Origin: Mobula hypostoma
Lineage: Eukaryota
DNA: 64,000 bases
Assembly (NCBI RefSeq): GCF_963921235.1
Contig: NC_086097.1
Coordinates: 182,096,001 to 182,160,000 of the forward strand
Direction of reading: 5' to 3'
Made by a program: the position numbers and the translations under genes. A model generated the notes under the pieces. The model ran no database searches and was not told the DNA's origin. It was given only the letters and a program-made list of their open reading frames with translations. Positions within the stretch are counted from its first letter, which is position 1, and each line of letters begins with the position of its first letter. Of the stretch, positions 51,077 through 62,569 are shown piece after piece.

Positions 51077-52589
51077 GTAAGTATGAGGCCAATGATTGCA
51101 TGGCTTTGTTAAACAAAGAGGAATCAGGAGCTGGAACTGGCCATACCACCTGTCAGGATATTGAATTAAATTGGGGCTGATTTTTGTAATTCTTTATTTC
51201 CTGCTGGGCCCAACATCTACTTATCCTGCTCTCAAATGCGTGGAGAACTCATCATCCAGAACACATTGGAGCAGGAATTAGCTGCCAGGCCTCTCAGGTT
51301 TACTACTGCATTCTGCTTGATAATGGCTGATCTTCCCCGGGCTCCATTAGCCTTCAATTGTCACAGTTCCCAACACAGTGATGTTTTTGCCCCTCCATAA
51401 ATACTGTCTGAATTGGTGAGTTCCTCCGGTATTTTGTGTGTGTTGCCCCCAATTCCCCGATCATTCAAATATATGTCAGTCTTCTCAAAGTGTCCCCAGT
51501 GAATTTGTCTCCATAGCCATGCGGAGTGGTAAAATTCCAATGACTCGAGCCATTTCTTCTCTCTCCAAACTTCACTGAGTGTTTATTTATCCGAAGACAA
51601 TGATCCTGGTTCTAGACACAGTAAATCTCCAATAGCTGGTCTATGACTGTTCATTAATCCTGAGCATTTGGTATCTTCCTCACTGGATTTTGTTTTCCAC
51701 TCCCTTTTAGCTCACAGGGGCCTCATTTCTCACACTTCATTTAAAGTCACCAGGATTCGGAGTCACATCCATCGATCCAAAAGATTGGCAAGCCTGGCAC
51801 CACCAGAGGGCTGAGGGGCCCGATTATTGTCTGTACCTGTAAGACAGGAAACACTTTGGCAGCAATCATCTTTTGAAACCCCTTAAAAGTTTAAATGAGA
51901 TCATCTCCCATTGCCCAGAGAGTACAGGTGCAGACAGCTGTATGCTTCCACATAAAATCATCTCCAGCCCAGTAATTAGCTCCATGAAACATTTCTGTTG
52001 TGGCCCTGAGGCAGAGGTATCTTTCCTCACATCAGGGAGCAGATTGATCCCTTCCCTCAAAATGAAATTGTTCAAGATGTACAACAGGATAGAAAGCATC
52101 TGTGGACAGAGGGAGGGAGGGAGAAGGAGAGAGGGAGACACACTTCATATTTCAGATTTATGACCCTTTATTTGCCATTCTAATGACTTGGATATTGTTG
52201 TCCTGTTTCTGGTTTTAAAAAAGGAGATCTCTGAACACCAGTGTTTACCTCTATCACCTCCTTTAGATGGTACTTAACTGCTCTACCACAAAGTTAACAA
52301 CCAGAACTTCAAAAATGGACCACTGCTTCCTCTGAGCAGTTCAGGCCCCATTTAGCCCTTACCAATATCCAACAAGCAGCAAAGGTGAATAGACAGTTAC
52401 TATATTTGGCTAGTGTTGATTCAAGAAGGAATGCTACTCTGTAAAACTGAGAGAGGTGCCAGCCCCTCATACTCTCAAACACAACAAGGCAAGGTGACGT
52501 TTGGGAAAGCCCCTCATGTCTGAAGTTGCTCAACTGATGGAAATTACACCAGGCCACTGGAGGAGTTCTCAGGAGAGGCAACTGAAATC

Positions 52590-52837
52590 CTGCCCCTCCC
52601 ACAATGGAACCCTCCCTCGGTGCTACCCCTCCCACAGTGTAACCCTTCTGCAGAATGAAACTCCCACAGTACTGCCTACCTCAGTGTGATCCTTTCTCTG
52701 GACTGTCCCTCCCAAAGTATGATCCCCCCTCTGTACCATCCCCCATAGTATGCCCTCCTCAGTACTGCCTTCCCACAGTGTAATCCACCCTTCCTCATTA
52801 ACACCCGTCTACAGTGAGACCCTCCTTCATTTGCCGC
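52590..52837. repeat. Degenerate 33-bp minisatellite units
   Basis: Repeated ccctcccacagtgt...ctccctcagtactg-like units. Confidence 0.7.
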
Positions 52838-53478
52838 TTTTTTTTAACAAAACTATAAAAGTTTATTTACAACACATACACACAATCAATATTTACAAGA
52901 CAGGAGGTATACTCTAATTAAAATAGGGTTACTACCAACTATAAAACAGTCAATACCCTGGGGAACGACCGCTCATGGAAGTCCCCCAGTGTGCCAGCCA
53001 TGACTGGGTGCTCCCTCTCCAAGGACAGCCGGGCACGGATATATTCTTGGAAAAGGGGCAGGCTGTCGGCCGGAGCAGTGTCCTCCTCCTTCCGCTGCCT
53101 AGACCTATGAATGGCCATCTTGGACAGGCCCACGACCAAGCCCACCAGGAGATCCTCCTCACGCCCCTCCCCCTCCTGAACTGGGGCCTGTATATGAGGA
53201 GTGTGGAACTAAAGTGCAGCCAGAACCTCAGCAGTTGTACTCTGAGAAACTCAAAGGACGGCTGCAACCTCTCACATTCCATGTACACGTGGTACTCTGA
53301 CTCCTCTCGCCCACAGAATGGACAGCTGGATGGGGTGTCAGTGAACCTGCTCAGGAATCTGTTGTACGGGGACTACCTGATGCAACATCTTCCACTCCAG
53401 GTCCCCAATGTACAGGGGAAGCACCCCTGCATAGAGATTTCCACTGGGGACCTCCTCCGCTGCCAGATGATAACACCC
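52838..53478 (-). mobile_element. Tx1-clade (L1 group) retrotransposon 3' end, copy 1
   Basis: Minus strand: PQWKSL...GDLEWKMLH, CPFCG...HVYMECERLQP (CCHC), FWLHFS, GLSKMAIHRSR, YIRARLSLE; AATAAA and an A-tail. Confidence 0.85.
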
Positions 53479-53724
53479 CCTCAATACTGCCCCTTCCACA
53501 GTGTGACTCTCCCTCAATACCCCCCACAGTGTGACTCTCCCTCAATACTGCCCCTCCCACAGTGTGACTCTCTCCCTCAATACTGCCCCTCCCACAGTGT
53601 GACTCTCTCCCTCAATACTGCCCCCCCACAGTGTGACTCTCCCTCAATACTGCCCCCCCACAGTGTGACTCTCCCTCAATACTGCCCCTCCCATAGTGTA
53701 ACGCTCCCTCAATACTACTCCTCC
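53479..53724. repeat. 33-bp-family minisatellite between the two Tx1 copies
   Basis: ctccctcaatactgcccctcccacagtgtgact, about 7 copies. Confidence 0.9.
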
Positions 53725-54319
53725 TTTTTGTTTTACATAAGTTTATTCACACATAAAATACACAAAATACAAACATCAGGGAATTACAAGACTGTCACCA
53801 ATTTCAAAATTACAATATGATTACTACTGTCTATAAAACACTCAATTCCCTGGGGGAGGGGGTGTGTCATTCCCAGAAATCCGCCACTATACCCATAGTG
53901 ACCATCTGCTCGCTTTCCAAGGTCAACCAGACATGAACGTAACATTGAAAGAGGGGCAGGCAGTCTGCTGGGGAAAGCCCTCGGCTACGTGCCACCTGGA
54001 CCTGTAAATGGCCATCTTGGCCAGGCCCAGTAGCAAGCCCACAAGTAGATCTGTCAAGTGACCCTCGCCCCCACCCCCTGTAATGGGTGCCCGTCTATCA
54101 GAAGTGCAGGCTGAAGTGCAACCAAAATCTGAGCAGCAGCCCTTTCAGGTACTTGAACAAGGGCTGCAGGCTCTCACACTCCATATAAACATGCTGCACT
54201 GTTTCATCTCAGCCGCAGAAAGGATAGGTACTTGGAGTGTCAACGCACCACCTTAACAAGCTGCTGCATGGTACTGCCCTATGCAACACCTTCCACCCCA
54301 GGTCATCAATGTACAGGGA
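53725..54319 (-). mobile_element. Tx1-clade retrotransposon 3' end, copy 2 (diverged from copy 1)
   Basis: Minus strand: DLGWKVLHRAVP, PFCG..ETVQHVYMECESLQPLFKYLKGLLLRFWLHF, LLGLAKMAIYRSR; AATAAA and an A-tail. Confidence 0.85.
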
Positions 54320-55305
54320 TCAATACCACCGCTCTCACAGTGTAACACTCTCTCAGTGCCGGCCCTTCCCTGAGAACCGTCTCTCCAACAGTGTGACACT
54401 GCCTCAGTACTGCCCTTGCAACGCTGTGGTCCTCCCCCTGTACCGCCCTTCCCACAGTGTGGTCCTCCCTCTGTACTGACCCTTCCACATGTAGTTCTCC
54501 CTCAGTACCGCCCTTCCCACATGTAGTTCTCCCTCAGTACCACCCCTCCCACAGTGTGGTTCTCCCTCAGTACCGCCCCTTCCATGCGTTGTTCTCCCTC
54601 AGTACCACCCCTCCCACAGTGTGGTTCTCCCACAGTACCGCCCTTCCTACAGTGTGGTTCTCCCACAGTACTGCCCTTCCTACAGTGTGGTTCTCCCACA
54701 GTACTGCCCTTCCTACAGTGTGGTTCTCCCATAGTACCGCCCCTCCTACAGTGTAGTTCTCCCTCAGTACCGCCCCTCCTACAGTGTAGTTCTCCCCCAG
54801 TACCGCCCCTTCCACGTGTAGTTCTCCCTCAGTACCACCCTTCCTACAGTGTGGTTCTCCCTCAGTACCACCCCTCCTACAGTGTAGTTCTCCCTCAGTA
54901 CCGCCCCTCCCACAGTGTGGTTCTCCCTCAGTACCACCCCTGCCACAGTGTAGTTCTCCCTCAGTACCACCCCTCCTACAGTGTAGTTCTCCCTCAGTAC
55001 CGCCCCTGCCACAGTGTAGTTCTCCCTCAGTACCACCCCTCCCAAAGTGTGGTTCTCCCTCAGTACCACCCCTCCTACAGTGTAGTTCTCCCTCAGTACC
55101 GCCCCTGCCACAGTGTAGTTCTCCCTCAGTACCGCCCCTGCCACAGTGTAGTTCTCCCTCAGTACCGCCCTTCCTACAGTGTGGTTCTCCCTCAGTACCG
55201 CCCCTACCACAGTGTAGTTCTCCCTCAGTACCACCCCTCCCAAAGTGTGGTTCTCCCTCAGTACCACCCTTCCTACAGTATAGTTCTCCCTCGGTACCGC
55301 CCCTG
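54320..55305. repeat. 33-bp minisatellite variant array, about 30 units
   Basis: Unit ctccctcagtaccRcccctccYacagtgtRgtt. Confidence 0.95.
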
Positions 55306-55688
55306 GTGTGATTCTCTCGGTATGAGGGTGAATTTCTCGGCTCATCACTCTGCCTGGTGCAATCCCACTGCCAACAGTTGAACCCCTCAAATGCCATCAC
55401 CAAACGTGACGGCAAACTGGTCAGTGAGGCACTGAGGAAGCATCACACTGAACGATGGAATCAAATTTGTATTGGGAATGGGGGAAGATGTGGTGAGCAT
55501 GTATCAGTTGTTTGTAGAGGATAGAGAGTATGAAATTTCTGGGATGGCACTGGGGAGTTAGAGTGTGCTACTGGTGTGGTGAGTTCCTCTGGCTGTTGTT
55601 GGGAAGGGGACTTCTGCCCTGCAGTTTATGTGTAGCCATGCACCTGCCATTCAGCATGGAATTTATTTGCATTCTCTGTTCACTTCAG

Positions 55689-55781
55689 TCTCGCAAAGGC
55701 ACTGACACAGACAAGGACAAGAAGAGCCTCGATGGTAAAACAGACAATATTGGAAGTGGACGAGCAATCCCCATCAAACAG
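55689..55781 (+). CDS. AGAP3: AGAP3 exon (93 nt), SRKGTDTDKDKKSLDGKTDNIGSGRAIPIKQ, start of split PH domain
   Basis: cacttcag acceptor and gtaagg donor. IGSGRAIPIKQ is an AGAP-family signature. Confidence 0.95.
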
Positions 55782-56924
55782 GTAAGGAGCCTGTCTGCTG
55801 CTTGGTTTGCTTCTTTGGGCTTTTTCTTCATATCGCTCTGAACATTCCTCATCCTGACGGCAGGGGTCAGCTAAGTCCATTCTGGTGTCAGGAGCAGACC
55901 CATCCCCACATGTTCTGTAGAAAGGCAGCTGGGTTTCAGGAAGATAGTGAAGGCTGCAGAGGCCACATTTTGAAGCATGAATCTGGTGGTGGCTGTCTGG
56001 TGTTTGCACCAATGCCCCATCATACGTCGCTGCCACATTTACAGAGATTTCAGATGATCTCCATGTGGCTGATAGAAGCTTGGTGCTTGATATTGAGTCT
56101 GACTGTGATTTGAAGGTTTCAGGGAGTTCATTATGGTTATCAGATTTAGGCTGTTTGTACCACAAGGTGCAGGTGTGTGGTTTGTGGAGAGCTTTGGGCC
56201 TATTGTATTGAACATGCAGAAGAGAATAATGTACCACTGTACCACTGCCATCTCAGTAACAGGAGCTGTTTGCTCAATGGCTTCTCCTGCTCTGCCTCTC
56301 TTAATGTCTGTCTATCAATCCTACATGTGCTATTGAGCTACAGATCCCTTAGTAATGTGCCTTGTGCTGTTCCCTGCTTGGATGTAGCATGAACACTGAG
56401 TGTTGCATGCCTCTGTGAATTGTGTATACAGATCTGTTTGTTAGAAAGTGATTTATATTGTGTGGTGTCTAATACTAATGAGTGTATATGGTGTATGTCA
56501 TTGTTATTTCTCTTGAGGCTGTGTTGTACAGAGTGCCGTGTATAAGAGGTATACTTATAACATGTTTGTAAAACAAAGTAAATGAACAAAGGGCTGATTA
56601 ACTGAGAATGTCCCCCATACCCTGTAACACAGGGATGCCTGTATTACTCTCTGTGTAAAATAGCTGGCTCCACAATTCCCCTGTGCACTTTGCCCATCAC
56701 TATGAGGCTGGGTCTCTGATCATTGAAACATCCACCGATTGTTAGAGACACAGAGATTACTGCAGGGTAACAAGCCCAACTGGTCCACGCCAACAAAGAT
56801 GTCTCTCTGAGACTGTACCTTTTGCCTCCGTTTGTCCCACATCCCTGTAAGCTGTTCCTATCCATGTAACTGCCTGAATGTCTTTTTAGCATTTTTAGCA
56901 TTGCAGCACTTCACTCATCCAGGC

Positions 56925-58462
56925 TGCTGTCCCCACATTTCCAATCAGCCACCAAATCCCTGTACCAAAGAACTCTATACCTTCAGAACTAAATAACTGC
57001 TGCCTAGTGATACTGGCACTAATCATCATGAAGTGCTTTGAACAGCTAGTAATGGCACCTATCAAAAATTCCATTCCTGCCACATTGGACACTTAACAAT
57101 ATCCTGTGACAGATGCCTTAGCAGCTGTCATGCACCTGGCCTTGACTAGCCTAGAAAACACGGATATAATGCAGTTTCTGGATTTCACTTTGGCTTTTGG
57201 CACTGTTGTCCCACAAACCATAGTAATAAACTTCTCCTTCTTAGTCACCACTGAGCAACTGGATGTTGGATGTACTAATGAACAGACCTCAGATAGTCAG
57301 GATGCACAACTGCTCCTCTCTCCCCATCATCCTGAACACGGGTGCCTCTCGGGGCTGTGTGCTGAACCCATTGCCGAACACTCTGCTCACACGTGCCTGC
57401 ACGGCCAAACACCTGAGCAATCATATCATCAAGTTCGCCAATGATATGACAGTGGTGGGGCTCACCACCAACAAAGTTGAGATGGCTGACATAGGGGAGG
57501 TGGAAGAGCACAAGGCCTGGTGCCAGGCAAGTAATCTCTTCCTTTATGTCAACAAGACAAAGGAGATGGTTATCGATTTCAGGAGAACTCACACCATTCA
57601 CAACCCCCTTCACACTGGCTGCACAGCAATGGAAACTGCAAGCAGTTTCAAATTCCCAGGTGTGCAGGTCACAAATATCTTTTCATGGTCCCAGAACACA
57701 TCCTACACAGTCAGGAAAGCTCAACTTTCTGAGGAAGGTCAAGGGAGCTGGACTTTGAAAATCCATACTCATGTCATTCTACAGATGCTCAGTAGAGAGC
57801 ATGCTAACAAGTTGTTTCACTGCTTGGTATGGGAACTGCACTGCGGTGGACGGGAAGGGTAGTCAAAACTGCCCGAGGCATCACCGGCACCAGCCTCCAT
57901 GCCATCATGGAAATATATATAGAAAGGTGCTGGAAAAGGGCCAGTAAGTAACATCATGAAGAATCCCACACACCCTGCTCATGGATTGTCTGTCCCACTC
58001 CCCTCAGGGAGGAGGCTGTGTGGCATTTTCACCAGGACCACCAAACTCAAAAACAGTTACTTTCCTCAAGCAACACACATAAAAATTGCTGGTGAACGAG
58101 ATAAAGGGTCTCGGCCCGAAACGTCGACTGTATCTCTTCCTATAGATGTTGCCTGGCCTGCTGCGTTCACCAGCAATTTTTATGTGTGTTGCTTGAAATT
58201 CCAGCATCTGGAGATTTCCTCAAGCAGTAAGGCACCTCCACCTCTACTTTATTATTTCCTGTTAGTCACGTTATGTACAGTCTAGAGTCACTTTATGGAC
58301 GTACCATCAATCGGTGTATATAAGTTGTCTTATATGTTTATAGTTTTTTTTAATGTGTTTTTTTTTTGTTATTTTTGTGCTGCGGATCCAGAGTAACAAT
58401 TATTTTGTTCTTCTTTATACTAGTGTACGGGAAATGACACTAAACAATCTTGAAATCTTGAA
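56925..58462 (+). mobile_element. Rex1/Babar-like LINE (RT and 3' end)
   Basis: IMKCFEQLV and LDF..AF motifs. ORF 57263-57862 LNTGA.RGCVL.P...IIKFAND.TVVGL...NKTKEMVIDFRR. (tcttgaa)n tail. Confidence 0.9.
58073..58214. mobile_element. Inverted Penelope-tail insertion in Rex1, 12-bp TSD
   Basis: TTTCCTCAAGCA at 58061-58072 and 58215-58226. Contains the hammerhead 3' half GGGTCTCGGCCCGAAACGTCGACT. Confidence 0.85.
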
Positions 58463-58925
58463 TTGTATCCACCTCCGACTCTTTCTCTGATAGCTTTTTC
58501 AATATACCCAGCACACAGTGTGTGGGAAAACTGGCCTCTTAGGTCTGTTTTTAATCTTCCCCCTCTCACTTTAAACCTCTCTCTAATTTAGACTCCCCTA
58601 TCCTGGGACGAAGTCTATCTGTGTTATCTGTGCTCCTCGTCATTTTCTGAACCTCTATACTGTCACCTTCTTCGCTTCTGGGTAAATAGTCTCTCCTCAT
58701 AACTCAAGCCCTCCAGTCCTGGCAACAGTCTGTGAAACTTTTCAGCACCCTTCTAGCTTAATCATATCATTCCTATATAGTACTTCAACCAGAACTGTAC
58801 ACTGTACTCCGAGCGTAGCCTAACTAGAGTTTTGTAAAGTTGCAATGTAAGATCCCAACTTATACTCGATGCCTTCACCTATGAAGGCAAGCTTGCCATA
58901 GGCCTTCTTTGCCATCTTGTCTAAT
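58463..58925 (-). mobile_element. CR1-like fragment
   Basis: Minus-strand LVRLRSEYSVQFW remnant and other CR1 C-terminal motifs. Confidence 0.7.
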
Positions 58926-61239
58926 ATTTATTAATTATTTTTGTGAGGTACGGGCATAACTGGCAGTGTAGACATTTATTTCTCTTCCCCAATTATTCCT
59001 AAACCGTGGAAGCAGATAAGTCAAGCATATTGATGAGTCTGGAATTTACACATGGCCCATAATGGGTCAGGACAGCAGACATTACCAAGCCAGATGTGCT
59101 TTTTAATTGTAAAAATAGGTCAGTGTCATGGGTACTATTACTGGAGTTATTTTTAGTTCCAGTTTTATATCATAGCTCAAATTTAAATAACTTAAATTGG
59201 TATTGAGGTTTGGTCTTGTGCCTCTGGTCTCTTGCTCTAACTTGGCCATTATGCTACTGCATCCTAACAATTTTCCTCAGTTTACCCAACCTAAGCCCAC
59301 TCTAATCTTGCATGCATCTCTCAAAACTCCTCTCAAGCTCATTTATTTCAGATAGAGTAGCCCTCCTTTTCTGCTCTAATGATGGAGCTGAAATCCTTTA
59401 GCCTTGAGCCAATACAGTAAAGCTTTCCTCTCAGACTTTTGGACCATTCCTACACTGTACTCACCAGAATCAGACGCAATTCCCCCACTGTGTACTAACC
59501 AGCATTTTCTGCTTTCTGCCTTTTACTCTGTGCCTTTATTTATGAATCTCAGTGTCCACCCCCCCCCGCTTTCCCAACCACTCTCTCAACAAGCCCTGAA
59601 ACTTGCAAAGACTTGCTCACGTATTCCATGACCCTCTGTTCCCCCCCTCAATGTGTGCTATTCAGTCTTTGTTGTCTTTTATGTTTATAATTTGTGTGTG
59701 TGTGTGAAATAGAGGGAGCACGCTGATAGCATGTGTAGTCATGTAAATGTTGCAAATCTGTGTTCTTATTGGACGTTTACAAAATATATGCATGTTTATG
59801 TTGATAGCATGTCTGGGCATTTCTGTAGTGTATGTCTCATATGTAGTACATGTATTTAATGAATGTGTTGGTAGTGTGTGTTTTATAGGTATTTTGGTGG
59901 CAAAATGCTCTGGGTGTATTAGTAGGGTAGGTGTTGTGTTTTCTGCTGCTTTTATGGATGTTGTACTGCGAATGGAACTCGAGGGCTGCATTAGCTGTTA
60001 AACCTTTCCAGTTCTTGGACCTGCACCCTGTGGTATTAAACTAGTTAAGGGAACTACCTGCAGGCAACAGTGGATTAAATGACCAGGAGATGTTCTCCTG
60101 CAGGAAATGGATAGCCTCAGACTGTCCTCCCCATCTCCTTTCTGTTTGATTTATTTGTATTCTGATTTAATTTGTGGAGAATGCAAGTTTTGATTTTTGA
60201 TTTTTATTCATGTGAGAGTGTGTTGAATTTGCCAGCTTGTTGCAGCTGTTCCATCGCTGACCTGTTTGTATTTCTGAGTGACCATTTGGCAACTGATTTT
60301 CAGCATTTCTCTCGCTGTGCAGGAAGGGAAGTGAAAGCTTGAAATCTTCTTGTCTGTCTGTGTATCTCTTCACATTTGTAAATGTTTCTGAACTCAGAGA
60401 GAACCAAGTACTCATATCTCACCCAGCTGCAGTGGGATAGAGTCCCTGCATATTTTGATATCTCAGCCTGCACTCAATGCTTTGCAATGTGTTTGTGTCC
60501 TTTTGTTCGCGGTTGGAGGTGTCTGCTGGAAGCAGTGTTCCCATTGTGTTGGTGGCAGAGCGAGAGAGTGCGAGCTGATCGCCCATGCAAGCCGCTGTTC
60601 TATAGCAGCTACACATCGTGTCGAGATTGAACGTGGACAACACCATCGCCATCATTGCCTTCACCATCACCGCCATTGCCATCGAAGCCGTACAGAGAAA
60701 TGAGCCCGTGTGCAGACTCAATACAACAGGAGGCCCTCAGTAGAGGCCAGAGCTCCCGGTGCAGGCACAGCACACAGGAGAGATTGGATTACTTCACTGG
60801 GTCCCACCAATCAACTCTTCAGCTCATTTGTCCTCTGGCATCTCATGCGAGTGTTCTTGCTGCAGCTTCTCCCTGAGGTCTTGGATTGGAATAATTTAAT
60901 TAATTGCTCCTGTTTCAGCTCCTATCCCCAGGAAACAAAGCAGGGAGCTTTAATTTAGCTCTGAAGAGCTCAGCCCATTCAGTAGAACTGTTTGGCCCTG
61001 CCATCCGGAACAGAGCTACTTCTGAGTGCCACACGTGCTGTGTGGAATGCTGAGCTTCGAATTGCAAGCAGGTGTTTCAAGTCGAGGCTACCTCCTGAGC
61101 ATATCCCTCATATACTAGTCTCTCTCTTCTCCCCTCTGTAAATCGTGTCCAAATTGCCCTGCTTTTGGGGTGACCCAGCCCCTCCCCAACATGTGTCATA
61201 TGGTGACGTCCAGAAGAAAAGTTGCTCCTACAGCTGATT

Positions 61240-62025
61240 TAAGATAGGATACAGATTAGGCAAGTGTAGGTCAGTGGAGGAAAGCATGGAGAGGATGAAT
61301 AAAGGTGTTGGCTATTTTCTAACTGGGTACAGAATTCACAAATTTGAGCTGCAAAGAGACTTGGTAGTTCTAATTCAGGACACCCTTAAAGGTTAGCTTG
61401 CAGATTGAGTCTGTAGGAAGGAAGGCAAGTGCAACGTTAATATTCATTTCGAGAGGACTAGAATATAAAAGCAAGGATGCCATGCTGAAGCTTTATAAGG
61501 CATTGGTCAGACTGTATTGTGAGCAGTTTTGGGCCCCATATCTAAGGAATGATGTGCTGGGCATTGGAGAAAGACCAGAGAAGGTTAACATGAATGATTC
61601 CAGGGAAGCAAGGCTTATCACATAAGAAATATTTGGTATCTCTGGGCCTGGACTTGCTAAAGTTCAGAAGGATGGGGAGGTGGGATGAATCTTATTGAAA
61701 TCCATTGGATACTGCATCGTGTGGATATGGACAGTCTAGGGTCTGAGGACACAATAAAGGGACATCCTTGTAAAACTGAGATGAGGAATTCCTTCAACTA
61801 GAGGGTAGTGAACGTGCAGAATTGATTGTTACAGAGAGCCGTGGAGGCCAGGTCAATGGGTGTACTGTATTTAAGGCAGAAATTGATTGCATTATTGATA
61901 AGAAGGTTAAGAGTTACAAGGAGAAAGTGAAAGAAAGGGGATGAAAAAATCTGCTATGATTGAATGGTGGAGCAGACATGATGATCCAACTGGCCTAATT
62001 CTGCTGCATATGGATTTGTGGACTA
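61240..62025 (+). mobile_element. CR1-like 3' portion
   Basis: FISRGLEYKSKDAMLKLYKALVR. Confidence 0.8.
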
Positions 62026-62569
62026 AGATGTGAAATTGATTTGACTGGGAGGAAGTTAGTTTAAATTCTCAGATTCCTAATGTGCTCAGAAAAATAGAAA
62101 GGATGAAGATAATTCTGCTGTAGTTCATTGAATGATACAGTTGAGCAATTGTCCATGTTGAAGGGCTGGTTGTTTTTAGGTCAACTGTAAGAGGTTCCTG
62201 TTTACCTTTAGTACCAATTACTTGGTGTGACTGTTGAAATGCCCTGTTTATATTTAGTGGGGGTCTTTCACTATAACTGCACTGAGGTGGTTTATTCAGG
62301 TTGAGGTTCTCACTGTGTCATTTTGATATTTTTAGCAGTCTTATGAGTATGAGTAATAGTTTTTAAAGACTGCCGTTACCATAGAAAGATTTCCCTTTAG
62401 GTGAGTGGGTGTAGTGGTTGAGTTAAAGTGCAGGGGCAAGTTAAAGAAGCGGCTGCAGATTAGATGAGCTGAAAGCTATGAAAGTAGAAGATGTGAGACT
62501 GAAGTCTGAAGTTGAGAATTGAAGAAAAGTTAGATGCAACTTTGGAGAGTAATTGGGCATCAACTTCTA

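Noticed and set aside
52975..53820. 281-aa + strand ORF
   Set aside because: It is antisense to a Tx1 remnant and runs into minisatellite sequence.
54457..55415. Long ORFs of 203-282 aa on both strands
   Set aside because: They are stop-free frames of the 33-bp minisatellite.
58099..58130. Functional hammerhead, and the idea that short inserts start exactly at the cleavage site
   Set aside because: The CUGANGA box is lost at the inversion junction. The inserts retain sequence 5' of GUC, so their ends are not the cleavage point.
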